Below, piece after piece: positions 43,341 to 56,755 of a stretch of DNA of 64,000 bases (position 1 is its first letter; each line of letters begins with the position of its first letter). The stretch is from Camelus dromedarius (Eukaryota). The stretch covers positions 4,340,001 through 4,404,000 of the forward strand of contig NC_087436.1 of NCBI RefSeq assembly GCF_036321535.1, in the 5' to 3' direction. The position numbers and the translations under genes are program-made. The notes beneath the pieces were generated by a model. It saw only the letters and a program-made list of their open reading frames with translations. It did not search any database and was not told where the DNA came from.

Positions 43341-45790
43341 ACTAAGAGGTCAGCCAGCAGCATCTCCCTCCCCCCACCAAGTTTCAGCAAGAAACAGGAG
43401 ACACCTCTGTGCTGAAAGACAGAACACCAGCCTGTTGTTCTGAGGGAGGTCAGCTGGTAGAGACGGCCCTCGGCTGGTGACTGGGAACCAGGCTGCTGTA
43501 GGGAGTTGAATGGGGGTCTGGATGTTTCCGGGTATGGGATGACTCTTCCACTGCCCACTGGAGCCTCCCCACTCTGAGATTCAGAAGACAAAGGACCCAC
43601 CAAGATGAGTCCATCCCCAGGCTCTGCTGCAAGTCAGCTTAGATTTGCTCCCCTGATCCTGAAGTAAAACATGTGGGAACCAGTGCCTGCAATTCCCCTA
43701 TGGTCAGGATTCTGGGACATTTCCATAACACCCCTTTCTACCCTGTTCTGAGCAAAGTACTGGTCAATCCACGATGCCACCCCCCACGAGCAGACTGGGA
43801 AGCTGAGGCTCCGAGGAGCCAAGAAACCGCCCACAAGCACAGACATGGGGCCACAGTGTGAGGTCTGGACCCTCTGCCTGCTCAGGGTGACCCCCAGCAG
43901 GCTCCACATCCCCCCTCAGAGGGTACCAGCCCACAGAGCCTCCCTATAGGAGAATTCACTTTGCAAAATGTTCTTTTCAGTGGAACTCATGCTACAAAAC
44001 CTGCCTTTAACAGGATTCATTTCCTAATCCTGTTTTTAGGGTCACTCAGCGGGCTTGTCACCCTGAAGCAGGTTCATTCTCATTCACCAGGGCAGCTTTC
44101 CTGGGTCCCACTCACCACCTGGTCGTCCACTCACAGCTCGGACTCAGAAAGGACCCCTCATGCCATGCACCCCCTGGCTCTGCCTGCTTGGTCCCTCATT
44201 CCTTTGTCCCCTGCAGGGTCACCAGGAACTCCCACCCACCTGAGGCAGGCTGTCTGCTCTGCCCTGGGGAGGCCGCTGCTGTCAGGTTGAAGAAACAGGA
44301 AATACCCATGGGGCCACCCTTACCCAGCACAGCAGCCAGTATCTGACTTCGTCACTCTGGATGGGCCCTGGGCGTGGTCCAGGGACCCACAACATCTCCC
44401 GGTTCTTATCACGTCTCAGCACTGTCTAGAAGTGAGCCGCTAAACAACTCTGTGCCAGCAGCAAAGAGAGGATGCTCGCTCACACGCCCCTCGCAACACA
44501 CGGGGCTGATGTGGGCAGGCCCCTCCCAGGATGTGGAACTCACCTGGGCAGGCCCCCTGGCAGGGCTCGGCACACAGGGACCACGCAAGTGGCCCTCACT
44601 GCAGAATACCCTCTGCTCCACCTGTTGCTCAGAGCTGACCCTGAGCACCTCAAAGTGGCAGCTCCTGGGCACACCTGTGACCCTGGGCTTCGCTCTGCGG
44701 GGTCCCCCTCCGTTGGCCCTTCCAGGGGCTTCCAGGTTCCCACAGCATGGGGCCTCTGTCTCCGTTCAGCCCCTTTCTTCTCCTGACTCCTGGATTTCTC
44801 TCATGAGAAGAGGGTTTTCTTGAAATTGTCTACCACTCTTGGGCTAGTTAAAATGATAGAAAACAAGCCAGAGCTGCAGCCCTGACCGTCAGAGCTCCAC
44901 ACCTGCTCCTAGGACCTGGCCTGCACAGCAAGGGGTGTTTCCTGCAACAGCAAGCCCCTGATGGGGGCGGACCAGCTGACCCGGGCAGCCTGAGCAGGCC
45001 GACTAGCCCTTTCCAGGGGTGCCTGGGTTGAGGTCTGTATAAATGCCTCCTCCTTGGAGCCAGAGCATCTGCAGGTGTACCTGAGGCCACGGTCCCTGCT
45101 TGGTCAGTGGTCATGGGGCTGGGCTGGTGGGAGGGAGTGAGGGGCCCCGGCTGTGCAGGCGGCCTGGTCTGACAGGGCCAGGCACCCTTTGCTAAGGAAG
45201 AGAATGTGTCTCTCAGTGCTGTTGGAAGTTCTCCCCAAACAAAAGTGAGGAAGCAAGAAAAAAGGCAATAAAGGCCAGGAGAGGAGGGTAACTCAGGTCC
45301 AGAAGAGCACCTGGACCAGGATTGTCCTACGCGGCCTGCAGGCGCCAACTCAGCATGTGTGCTGTCACTGGTGTGGCTCCAAGCCCCTTTCTCCAGCCTT
45401 TAGGGTCCTTATATACATCCAGGTGGCTCCCCTGGGAAGGGTGAGTAAACTTCAGGGCAGCTGGCCTGGGAGTCAGCTCACATTTAGTAAGAGACACCTC
45501 TGCATGGGGATGCTCCTTGGGGAGCTGCTGGCCACGTGTTACCAGGCAACTTTTAGCAACCTCGTGGTCTTCAGTCTTTGTAAGCCTCTGACCCTTTTTC
45601 CTACCAGAAACACTCTTTAAGGGTTTCCTGAATATGCGTCTCCTGAATGCAATTCTTAAGTCTCCAAATAAACATTTTTACTATTTGCTCCTTTATTTTT
45701 CTTCTTCTTCTTCTTTTGGTTGCACACTTAACACTGTACATGTAAGATTCATCCATGTCTTTGCATAGGTTGGTGATTCATTTCTTTCTG

Positions 45791-46313
45791 CTACTAAATC
45801 CAAACTCGTTCTGCTCGCCACATGACAGGCCAAAAATTGGGAGACGAGCTGTTGGGGCAAGGAATAGTGACTTTATTCAGAAAGCTGGCAGACCAAAAGG
45901 ATGGCAGACTAATGTCTTGGAGAACCATCCTCCCCCATTCAGAATACAGGCTCCTTTTATAAAAAAAAATAACAGGGGAGGGGGTGTGGTTGGTTGTGCA
46001 GACTTCTTTCTGCAGGCATTCTTTGTCCTTGCAGCCTTCCATGTGGACCAGGCCATGGTGTCCCTGTAAACCTCCAACAAAACAAAGGTTATTCTCTAGT
46101 TTGCAGCTTACCAGCTCTGCGTAAGTGCAGAAGTGCTAACATCCTTAAAGGTCAGAGCCCGGAGAATAGGCTCTCCTGTATGTTTCAGGCTAAAGGCAAC
46201 ATTGTTTCACAAAAGGTGCAGCGCTGGCAAGACTGAGCCTGGAAAACAGGGCACAGTGGTTAAAACTAAAGGAGCAGATTCAATATAGAGCCAGATCTGT
46301 TCTCTTCTATTAC
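45791..46313 (-). mobile_element. Solo ERV1-type LTR
   Basis: Antisense poly(A) signal (gactttattc) and TATA (ccttttata); ends ttctcttctattaca. Further LTR-like segments lie at ~44846-45727 and ~46560-46936. Confidence 0.7.
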
Positions 46314-47599
46314 AGAAATATATAATTTTATAAAGTCTACATTATTAATTGTGATTTTTTAAAAAAAAGTCCTACATAGGCTTTTGGTGTCGTGTGTTAG
46401 TAATCAGCAGGCCCAAGCAAAAGAGCAGGAAACAAACTAACGAAGTGGCTTCCCTGGTGCTGAGCTCGCCTGCTGGTCCATTCTGGTTTAAAATTCTTGC
46501 ATCTTGTTTGTCTCTTCTCTCTGGTCAACCCCCAACCTCTCCATCACACTCACTCTCCTTGTACATTCTTTACCCAGGATAGCCTCTCCTTTAACCCAGC
46601 AGCTGTATTCAGAGAAGGTGGTCCTGGGCTGATAGCCTCAAAAGAATACAGAGTTTCTCCACGAGGCCAGGTGGATTCATCGAGACAAAGAAGAACGCAG
46701 CACCCCAGAAAAACACTCTGCTCTTGCTATCTTTCTGCTCTGCTCAGCTATTCTCTAAAACCTCAGGACAGCAGCCCCAGGATGGATACACAGTATCTGA
46801 GGCATGAGCCTGCCCTGACTCCCCTTTCCTGGCAGAGCAAGAAAGCTGCTCTTTTCTGATACTCTGATACTCCCAGAACTCTGTCTCTGGGTTTGAATTC
46901 ATTTTTGGGGGCACAGAGGCTCGTTTTTTGGGAACACAGGTCATGTGTATTTACTCCTGTTTCCTTTTACATTTTTTGTACTTTTGTCATTTAAATTTGT
47001 CTATGGGCAATTTGGGGTGAATTTGGGTGTCAGTTGTAAAGTTTGTGTCTATGTTCTATTCATTCTAAAAAAAAAAAAAAAAAAAAAAAGACCCATAAAT
47101 ACAAAACAGAAACAGACTCATTCTGTGTGATTTCTAATTAATTGTTCCTTAACCATTTTTTTGAGACAAGATGGTGAGATATGCGGCTGTCTTTCTGTTC
47201 GGATTTCCAAACATAGCATCTGCAGCAAAACTGCCTTTAGGGTGAGGCCTCTGGGCTCTGTGAGCACCACATTCCCCGACTTCTCTGATGGCCCACAGGG
47301 GGGCACCAAACCCACATCTCTGACCTGATGGCACAGGTGCGTTCTGCCCATGGGCCTGGCGCTTTGCACAGCTGGCAGGAGTTTTGTCTCCTAGGAACTC
47401 ATCACGGCTTAGGCTTCTAGAGAGTGTGGCTGAGCGTTCTTGGGCATCGCCAGTGAGGAGTCACATAAGAGGTAAAATAAATTTTTTTAAAAAGGACAAG
47501 TGAGGAGCAGCTTCCTGTGTGCAGCTGACTGCTGAGGGGAGGACGCTGAGAAAGAGCTTGATGTGGAAAATTGCAGGCCTTTAGTTGGTTTTATGTGCC

Positions 47600-48290
47600 A
47601 TGTAGGTGGTGACCAGTGATGTGTTTGGCGTATGGTGTCCAGGTTTCCCTACACTGTTTGAGGGGACTCCCCCTCCCTCTTTGTATGTCCTCGGCCCTGT
47701 TTTCATGAATTGACTGACCTCAGCCATGTGACTTCATTTCTGGGCTCTCAGTTCTGTTCCTCTAGTCCGTGTGTCTGTGTGTGTGCCAGTTGCTCCCTGT
47801 TGTTACTACAGCTCCATGATACAGTTTGACGTTAGGGAGGGAGATGCCCCCAGCTGTGTCTTTCTTTTTCAGAATCTTTGGCTGTTTCAGGGTCTTTAAT
47901 TGTTCCATACTAATAATAGGGTTGTTATTTCTACTTCTATGAAAAATGCCATCGGCTATTATATTGGCATTGCAGTGAATTTGTTGATGGCTTCAGGTAG
48001 AATTGACACTTTAATAATAGTAATTCTTCCAATGCCTAAGTACGGAATATTTTTCTGTTTATTTGTGTCTTCTTTAATTTCTTTATTGATGTTTTATAGA
48101 TTTTTAAGTACAGGTCTTTCATGTCCTTGGTTAAATTTATTCCTAGTTTGTTCTATGTGATGCAGTTGTAAATGTGATTATTTATTTTTCTTTCTGATTG
48201 CTATTGTTATATAGAAGTGCAGCTGACTTTTGTATATTGATTATATATTCAACTTGAATGAATTTGTTTATTCTGACAACTTTTTGTAAA
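47600..48290 (-). mobile_element. Old L1 ORF2 fragment
   Basis: ttgttccatactaataatagggttgttatttctacttctatgaaaaatgccat... Confidence 0.8.
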
Positions 48291-48893
48291 GTGATGTGAA
48301 AAATTGTAATTTTAAAATCTCACTGTTTCTCCCACATTCCTGGTCACCCACAGGACCCAAGGCCTGGTGGCTGCTAGCATCCTCTTCCCACGGTACCTCT
48401 TAATAACAGGTAGACTCGTAGGTGGGCAGTCAGCATCACGGCTTTGGTTGACCTTGGCCTGGGGAGGTCCTGGTCTCTATAACAAATTTGATGTCTATTT
48501 TCTCTGCTTTTCTGGCATGGGATTGATACAGTTGTTTTGAAAAGTAATGTAGTTTCCAGTAATTAAAAGCATCTAGAAGAGTTTCAATAATGGTAAAAAG
48601 TACTCACATTTGCCCCTTCATACAAAATACTGCATTGCGTTTTATCCAAAACAGGTACACTCTCCAGAGGAACTTTTACATAGCCCACAATGGAGGAAAG
48701 CATTTAGTTTCCACATTATAAGTTAACCCACAGGCCCGCTTCAGCTTTCACCGGTTGGTCTAACTGCACGTTCTATTTCCTGGAGCTGTTACCGAGACCT
48801 CATTGGAAACCTCGGTGGATTTAAAGCACACAAGATGATCATGAGAGCTGGGAGGACTTTCCTTTGTGGATTTTTTCACTAAGGATCTTTTCT

Positions 48894-49020
48894 TTTTTAA
48901 AATTTTGGTTGGATTTTCTTTTCTTTTCTTTCTTTCGTTTTAATGGAGGTCCTGGGGATTGAACCCAGGACCTTGTGCATGCGAAGCATGTGCTTTACCA
49001 CTGAGCTAGAGCCTCCCCCC
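48894..49020 (-). mobile_element. tRNA-derived SINE (Vic-1-type) with TSD
   Basis: ggggattgaacccaggaccttgtgcatgcgaagcatgtgctttaccactgagcta; TSD cactaaggatcttttc / caccaaggatattttc. Confidence 0.9.
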
Positions 49021-50187
49021 CACCAAGGATATTTTCAGTGTTCATTAACATTGTAAACTGTATCAGTATCACATTCTTACATCCTTTTTTTAAAATTGTG
49101 ATTAAAATGCATAACATGACACCATTTAAATCATTTTAAGTGTACAGTTTTGTGGTGTTAACTATCCTTACATTACTGTACAAACAAGTTTAACAACAGG
49201 TTTCTCTCCTTTAAGCATGGGGGGGTTAGCTAGGAAACTAACTCCCTGAAATGGCACAAGACAGCACCTGAGATACTGAAGGAGGATAATAAAATGGCCA
49301 CACTTAGGCTAACAGATTGCTTATTCCTATGCTTGCCCTTAACACTGTCAACTGACCTGGCTGACTGATGGCTACTCACTGTCAACGGGGTGCTTGTGAC
49401 AAAGCTGGACGGTGGGAGCCTGGGCTCTGGATGCCTTGCTGAGCAGCTGAACCAGAGCCAGCCAGCAGCCACCCGCCTTGGACAACCTGTCGGGTTGGAA
49501 AAATAAGCCTCCATTTGTTGAAGTCAGAAGTAACGAGCTACCTGTTGCTAGGTCCAGGACACGCGTTCCTGGACCAGCCTCCCATAGTGAGCGTGAAAAT
49601 GCTACAGGACATCTCAGAGCAGATTTGCCATTGCTCTTTAATTTTTTGTTTTGGTTTATTTGCTTTTGGTGGACTGGAGGTCTTTATAGTTTACAGGGAG
49701 GAGGAAACACCTCTGTGCATACCAGTTTCCTGGCCTTGTATTTTTTGATAATGTCACTGAAGTGGATTTGCTAGTTAGAAAGGACAAATTGTAAGGCTTT
49801 CCGTACATCTGAGATGGTTAAGTTAGGTACAGCCACATGTTACTGAGGACAGGATGCACACTTTGGGGGATATTATATGCTTTGCCTAAGTCCACAGGAA
49901 AAACCCAAGACTTAAAGCCACCCTCAGATTCTGATGATTTCATCGTTCCGTTAACCTGCAGCCATCCACGTGGGATGAGGAGGGGCCCCTGGGGACACTC
50001 CGCTGTACAGGGTACTGAATACCCTGTAGAAGACTCTCTACTGCTGTTTTCTCTAACAGCCCCTCCCTTCTCTTATCTCTTGACCTCCAGCTGCCCAGTG
50101 CTGCCTGCTGAGGCTGCCGGGCGATCCAGCTAGGATGCTCCTGCTCAGAGTCATCTGATAACACATCCATTTGATCTCTAATCTTCT

Positions 50188-51550
50188 ACAGCAGTTCTCA
50201 AGCTTTGACCACAGAACTCTAGGGCCACAGGTCCCTGAGATCACTGTAATGGCTCCGGATTTGCCTTGTTCACTCTATCTGCAGCAATGGTGTAGAAGCA
50301 ATGCTGAGTACACTGTTGCATCTTAGTGTAAATCAAAGGTGACACCAAAATGCACTGGTACTCACTGGACACTTGACTGCCACAAATTAACTATTTTTTT
50401 TTAAAGGTCAATTTCATTTAAGAAAGTTTTTGATGAAGCAGTGAACATTATTTATTTTATTAAATTTCAGGCCTCGAGGACAAGTCTTTTTAACATTCCA
50501 TGTGACTGATTGGGAAGGTCCCATAAAAAAACTTCCGTTTGCATTCCAAAGTGGAATGGCTGTCTTTAGAAAAAGCTCCCATGTGATTAAGTTGTGAGCT
50601 GAACTGGCTGCTCCTTTATTAGAAACACATCTTTATTTGAAAGAATAACTGACAAGCTACGGTTATTCACGCCTGGGCGCTGGACAGATATTTCTGTAAA
50701 AGTGAGCAGATGGAACCAAGCAGCACTGTTGTCCATGGTAAAATCCAAGCTATCAAGCAAAAGTTAGTTTTGGAAAACTTCTCAGCAACTGAGATCTTCG
50801 GCACTGTCTCAGGAGTTAAAGGCCTTCCTGATAAGATTGATGATAATATTAGTGAATGTGATGTTCTGATATTGTATATTGAATTTGGAAGGGCTTTATA
50901 ATTTTTCAAAATGTTTTTCAAATGACTACTGCATGACATTACAAAATAAAGCACAGGAGAAGGCCCATTCAGATTGCAAGATAGAGCAGTGGCTTTAAAT
51001 GTACCAGAAAACAAAGTTATTAATATGACTTGGACTCCACATTGCAGCTAGCCTTTAAAAAATAGAACTTGTTACATTTTTGTGTAGTATCAGAAAGAAT
51101 ATTCAGAATTATCTGAAAGGATTGTTAAAATATTCCTCTTTATTTCCAACTATATCTGGGAGAGGTCAAATTGTCTTCAAATGCTTCAACCAAAATACCA
51201 CATTAAAATAGATGGAATTCAGCAGTAAATATGAGAATGTAGCTGTAATCTATTGAGCCAGACACTAAAGACAAGTATGAAATATGAAACAATGCCATCC
51301 TTCTCAATAATTTTTTTTTTGGGGGGTTTGGAAAAAGATAGTTACTTTTCACAAAATACATTATTTGTAAATTTCTAACAGGTTTGTTATTATTTAAAGC
51401 ACATTATGAAATATTTTTAAACTGCCTCATTTTTAATTTCTAACATTGCATTTATGTATATGTTCCACATAAACAGAAGTCTTTGGGATCCTCAAAAACA
51501 TGTTTAAGGTATAAAAGAGTTCCAGGATCAAAATCATAAAGAACTCAGTC
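50188..51550. mobile_element. Charlie1-type hAT DNA transposon (~1.4 kb, decayed)
   Basis: Starts cagcagttctcaa. Internal gttgtgagctgaactggctgct and ggtaaaatccaagctatcaagcaaaagttag. ORF 50710..50901 is a transposase remnant. Confidence 0.8.
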
Positions 51551-51674
51551 TAGCATATTTGTTCATCCAGGTGACACTTGTATTTTACTGCCTCCTTTTA
51601 CTTTTTTTTAACCCAAAGTAGAGAATTTTTGCAGTCTTTCAAATAGCATGACTATGAACAAGAGGGAAGTAGGT

Positions 51675-53080
51675 TTTTTAAATTTTATTTTTTATTGAAG
51701 TCTAGTTGATTTACAGTGTTAGTTTCAGGTGTAGAGTGAAGTGATTCAGTTATTCACATATGCACATATATATTTTTTCAGATTCTTTTCCATTATATAT
51801 TATTACAAGAAATTTAATGTAGTTCCCTGTGCTATACAGTAGGTCCTCGCTGTTTATGTATTTTATATACATTAGTGTGTGTGTGTGTGAATCCCAAATT
51901 CCTAATCTATCTTTCCCCTGCCCTTTCCCCTTTGGTGACCATAGTATGTTTTCTACATCCATTTTTGGTTTATAAATAAAATTTCTATCACTTTTTGAGA
52001 TTCCACATATAAGTGATATATATATGTCTTTCTCTGACTTACCTCATTCAATTTGATAATCTTTAGGTCCATATCTGTTGCTGCAAATGGCATCATTTCA
52101 TTCTTTTTTATAGTTGAGTAATATTTCATTGTATAAATACACCACAACTTCTATGTCCAGTCATATGTAGATGGACATTTAGGGTGATTGCATGTCTTAG
52201 CTATTGTAAATAGACTAGTGCTGCTGTGAGGACTGGGGTGCTTGTGCCTTTCTGAATTATAGTTTTCTCTGGATGTATGCCCAGGAGTGGGATTGCTGGG
52301 TCATATGGTAAGTCTATTTTTAGTGTTTTAAGGACTCTCCATACTGTTCTCCATGCACCAAACTACATTCCCACCCACAGTATAGGAGGGTTCCCTTTCC
52401 TCCACATCTTTCCAGCATTTATCATTTGTGGACTTTTTAATGATGGCTGACTGATGTGAGGGGATATCTCATCATGGTTTTGATTTGCATTTCTCTGATA
52501 ATTAGTGATACTAAGCATCTTTTCATGTGCCTGTTGGCCATCTAGATGTCTTCTTTGGAGAAATGTCTTTTTAGGTCTTCGGCCAATTTTTGGATTTTTT
52601 TTTTTTAAGCTGTATGAGCTGTTTGTATATTTTGGAAATTAGCCCCTTATCATTGCATCATTTGCAAATATTTTCTCCCATCCTGTGGGTTGTCTTTTCA
52701 TTTTGTTTATGGTTTCCTTTGTGGTACAAAAGCTTTTAAGTTTAATTAGGTTCCATTTGTTTATTTTTGCCTTTGTTTCCATTACTCTAGGAGCTGGTTC
52801 AAAAAAATATTGCTGCAATTTATGTCAAAGAGTATTCTGTCTATATTTTCCTCTAGGAGTTTTATAGTATCTGGTCTTTAATCCATTCTGAGCATACCTT
52901 TGTGTATGGTGTTAGAGAATGCTTTGATTTCATTCTTTTACATGATAGAAAGTCCAGAAATAAACCCACGCATGTATGGTCTATTAACCTATGACAAAGG
53001 AGGCAAGAATATGCAATGGAGAAAAGACAGTCTCTTCAATAAACAGTGCTGGGAAAACTGGGCAGCTACCTGTAAAAAGA
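51675..53080 (-). mobile_element. L1 3' insertion (~1.4 kb) with inverted 5' segment (52945-53080)
   Basis: Antisense L1 runs to ...attcttttacatg, then sense atagaaagtccagaaataaaccc...gctacctgtaaaaaga, which is the adjacent upstream part of L1. Confidence 0.85.
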
Positions 53081-54132
53081 AGTCATTTTCATTTAAGAAA
53101 ATTTCAATGCCTTGTTGAAGCATCTTTTTCTGCAGAAGCATAAAATGATTCTTTGGGACAAGAAGCCCCTCCTTCTTAAACTAAATCTCACATGGGTAAA
53201 GGATCTCCAGGATTTGCCTGTTCCTCTTATAGCTTCCAAAAAGAGATGCTAGGAAATCTAGACCTGGACTTATATCTACAAATAAAAATGCTACAAATAG
53301 AAAGAGACTCAGAGAATTCAGTTCCACTCACTCGCTATATAAGGGAAATAAAGCCCAGAGATGTTATGTGACTCCTGTAAAGGCACAGGACAGCTTGGCA
53401 CACCTCAAACTGGAACTTAGTTTCCCTGGTTCTTTGTCTCTTTCTATGGTACAGTGTGTCTTGACAATAACTTTTGTTTTAAAATTGCATTTTTGCTTTT
53501 TTGACAATATGATGGTGTTGACCTTAATCTCATCTCAATTTAATGACTTCATCTTTCACAGGCTCTCTCGTGGGTAGAATTATACACAATTACCGGTAGT
53601 ACAGCAGAGATTCCAGAGCTATTGTTGGCATGAAATGGTGAGTAAGTGCAGGATGACCTTTGCTTACCAAATATAGAAACAGAAGACGTTCCCAGATTGT
53701 GGAGGGCGAGCAGTTGCCCAGTGTGTTCATGCATCTGCAGGTCTGCACAAGCTCTGGGAGTCCCTGTGAGTTCACATCAGTGTTTTGACTCATGCAACTT
53801 TTGGCTAAACTCTTAACTTTCCCATGTCCTTCCTCATTTCTGTTCCATGACATGGTTGCGACTAAAATATATTTTCTCTACAGAAGCTCTGTTACATAAA
53901 GAAAACATATCACTCTTTCAAAGGCGTGCAGTCTTTTTCACTGAGAATATTTAATGTGTTGAAAAATAAACAAATATAATTAAAATAAGAATAATGATAC
54001 TGGTTGGATTCTTCCCTGTATAAATTACTTGTATTTTTGCCATCTTGTGACCATACATTAGATCCATGACCTGGAACAGATTCTCACAGAGGCATACATT
54101 TGATCATAAAGTAAGTCAGGGAAGTGAGAACA

Positions 54133-54310
54133 GGGGGAGGGTAGAGCTCAGTGGTAGAGTGTGTGCTTAGCATGCACGAGGTCCTGGGTTCAATCCCCAG
54201 TGCCTCCATTTAACAAAAAAATAATAATAATAAACAAATAAACCTAATTACTCCCTCCCCCAAAAAACCCAAACAAAAAAGTAAATAAATAATAATGAAA
54301 AATTTAAAAA
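54133..54310 (+). mobile_element. Full-length tRNA-derived SINE (Vic-1-type, camelid)
   Basis: ggggagggtagagctcagtggtagagtgtgtgcttagcatgcacgaggtcctgggttcaatccccagtgcctcc (A and B boxes), aacctaattactccctcccc, A-rich tail. Confidence 0.9.
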
Positions 54311-56504
54311 GAAAGGGTGAACAGAAATAAAATATATGTAATGCCACAAATGGGAAAAAAAACAACTCAGGAGTATGTTTCCCAGTGTTCAGATAGCAGG
54401 TCCGCACAGGTGCCTCCGAGTGTAACCACCAGGGAGGTCAGCGTGCACCACTGTGTGATGCGAGCCTTTCACAACCACCTTTTAGTTTTACTAGCATTGA
54501 CTGTCCAATAGTTTAATTCAGGATACAGATTCACTTTGAAAATGAAAAGCACCAGTGTCTGACATGTGTGTGGGAGAAGGTGGTGGTGGATTATGTGGGG
54601 CGTCCGCTAGAACATAGCCGGCGCTTCACCACGTGTCCTCAAAACTCAGCGATTTTGAAGAGTTGAAAAAATACTCTTGGAACCTTCAGGTCATCAAATG
54701 ATCTTAGGCTGCATCTGGTAAGTTGCTTGGTGCTATTGTGGGCATAACTATGTAAAAATAACTCACGTTCCTGCTACCTTTCCCTGCCAGCACACAAATA
54801 CCCATAGAAACTCAATATTATCCTAGGATAAAAACCAGCACATTTTCTCTAAGATTATTTGTATTACTTATATGGCCAAAAATTTTTTTTGATAAATATC
54901 CTGTGCTATTTTTAGTGGCTGACAAGCTCATTCTGTTCTCTGCAGGAATCCTCTTGTGCAGAGCTCCCCATCACTTTGTGATGGATTCCTCACATGTTGG
55001 GATGGGGCAGCACCATCGCATCCCCAAAGTGGGGTTTAATACAGTTAGTATATCTGGACCCTACTAGTCAAGGTACCAGTTCTCCCAAGGACAAATGTGA
55101 CTTTCTATCCGGCAGGCTCCCCCACAGGGTTATAGCTAAACATAGAAATTACAGAAAGGCTTTGCATACAAGTTATTAATGTGTTCTGTCTTTTAAAAAT
55201 CAAAATGTTAAAGCCGTGAGGATCTTGGTGAACACGTTTGTTTTATTATTTAGGACAAATACGATAAATAGAAAAGCCTGCTCTGAGGATAGGTTCTTTC
55301 TGTACTTAGTTATCTGAAGACCTCAACAGCATTGCCAATAACTCTGTATGTCTGCATTTAGTATTAATGTCATAGGAACCATCCACTTCCATCAAAATAG
55401 TCCAAGGAAACAGGTGTAGAATAGATTATAGTCCATTTAAAACATTGCTTGCTGAATTGTTTTTAAATAGGCTTCTGTGAAACTGCACCCACTGGGAGAA
55501 AAATGAAATCAGAATGAATCACACACCCAAAGGTCATTGATCTAAAAATACAGGTCCTGTGAAATGCATGAACACATTCGCCTTCATGGCAGTCACCAAG
55601 TGAGAGGATTTCAGAGTCCTGCCAAACCGTTTAAGCAGCTAAGCTTGCTGATTAATTTATCAGCAGCAGAGAAGGCAGCAGCTCCAGTGCCCTGTGTCCG
55701 CAGGGAGGAGAGCAGTAAACAGTGACCTGCCAGGGACGGACGGAGATCAAGAGCCCCCTCTCTGCGGGAGGGAGGAGAAGCATCTGGGCGCAGCACAGGG
55801 GAGCCAGCCTCAGCCCCCAGGAGGTGCCGGGATGGGCACCAGGGGCGTGCCGCGCTGGGGACGAGGCCAGCTTGGAAGTGGGGCAGTGTCTGCGGCCATC
55901 CAGACAGTGATCATGGTTCCTAAAAGCCATGGAACTTAGGTGTTTCTCATGTTGGTGTCTCTACAGTGTCCTGGAGAGGGAGAGTGCTTTCACAGGGACA
56001 GGGGTCTCCTTGTGGGGAGGGCGGTAACAGGAATGCGCTGGCTTGTCTTTCATTTTTGAACTGAGCCCTGAGCCAGTGGACAGCTCTCTCTGATAAGTGT
56101 TAGAGGGGATATTGGATACGTATTTCAGTTTTGATAGCTTGGCACGAACAGTTGCCTTGCTTCACAGAAGGCTCAGGGGTGGATACCTCTTCCACAGTGA
56201 TGCTGCACTGTGAGAAAACTGCCTTTTGATAATACTGCTTATTGGTGAATAAATACGCACACACAAGTGGGGTGACCAGTAGTGGCGGCAGTAAGGTCTG
56301 TTTACCCTGGTGCCGGCTAGTTAGGGACATGTTGTCATTAGAGAATTAAAAATAATAAAACCAGCAAACATCAGGATGGCATTGTTATCACCATGCTGGT
56401 GACTGTTAACATTATCAGCAACAAAGTGCCCCTCCCTGTCAGAAAGGACCCCCTCACGCTGGCGTGCAGTCGCCCTTGGTATCTGCAGAGGGCTGGTTCT
56501 CTGC

Positions 56505-56755
56505 AGTAAATTTGGGAGTTTGAGATTCACAAATATTAACCACTATATATAAAAATAGATTTAAAAAACCCCAAATCTCTTCTATACAGTACAGGGAACT
56601 AGATTCAATAGCTTGTAATAACCTTTAATGAAAAAGAATATGAAAACAAATCTATGAATGTATATGCATGACTGGGACATTGTGCTGAACACCAGAGATT
56701 GACACATTGTAACTGACAGTACTTCAATAAAAAAATAATAATAAAAAAAAAAAAA
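56505..56755 (+). mobile_element. L1 3' end with poly(A)
   Basis: tttgggagtttgagattcacaaatatt...gtacttcaataaaaaaataataataaaaaaaa. An oppositely oriented copy of the same type lies at 57410-57635. Confidence 0.88.

Noticed and set aside
42690..45350. ORF cluster in the GC-rich 42.7-45.3-kb stretch
   Set aside because: No recognisable protein or consistent exon chain; part of it is LTR-like.
54133..54208. tRNA gene
   Set aside because: The tRNA-like head continues into a SINE body and A-rich tail, and related copies occur at ~3.6 and ~48.9 kb.
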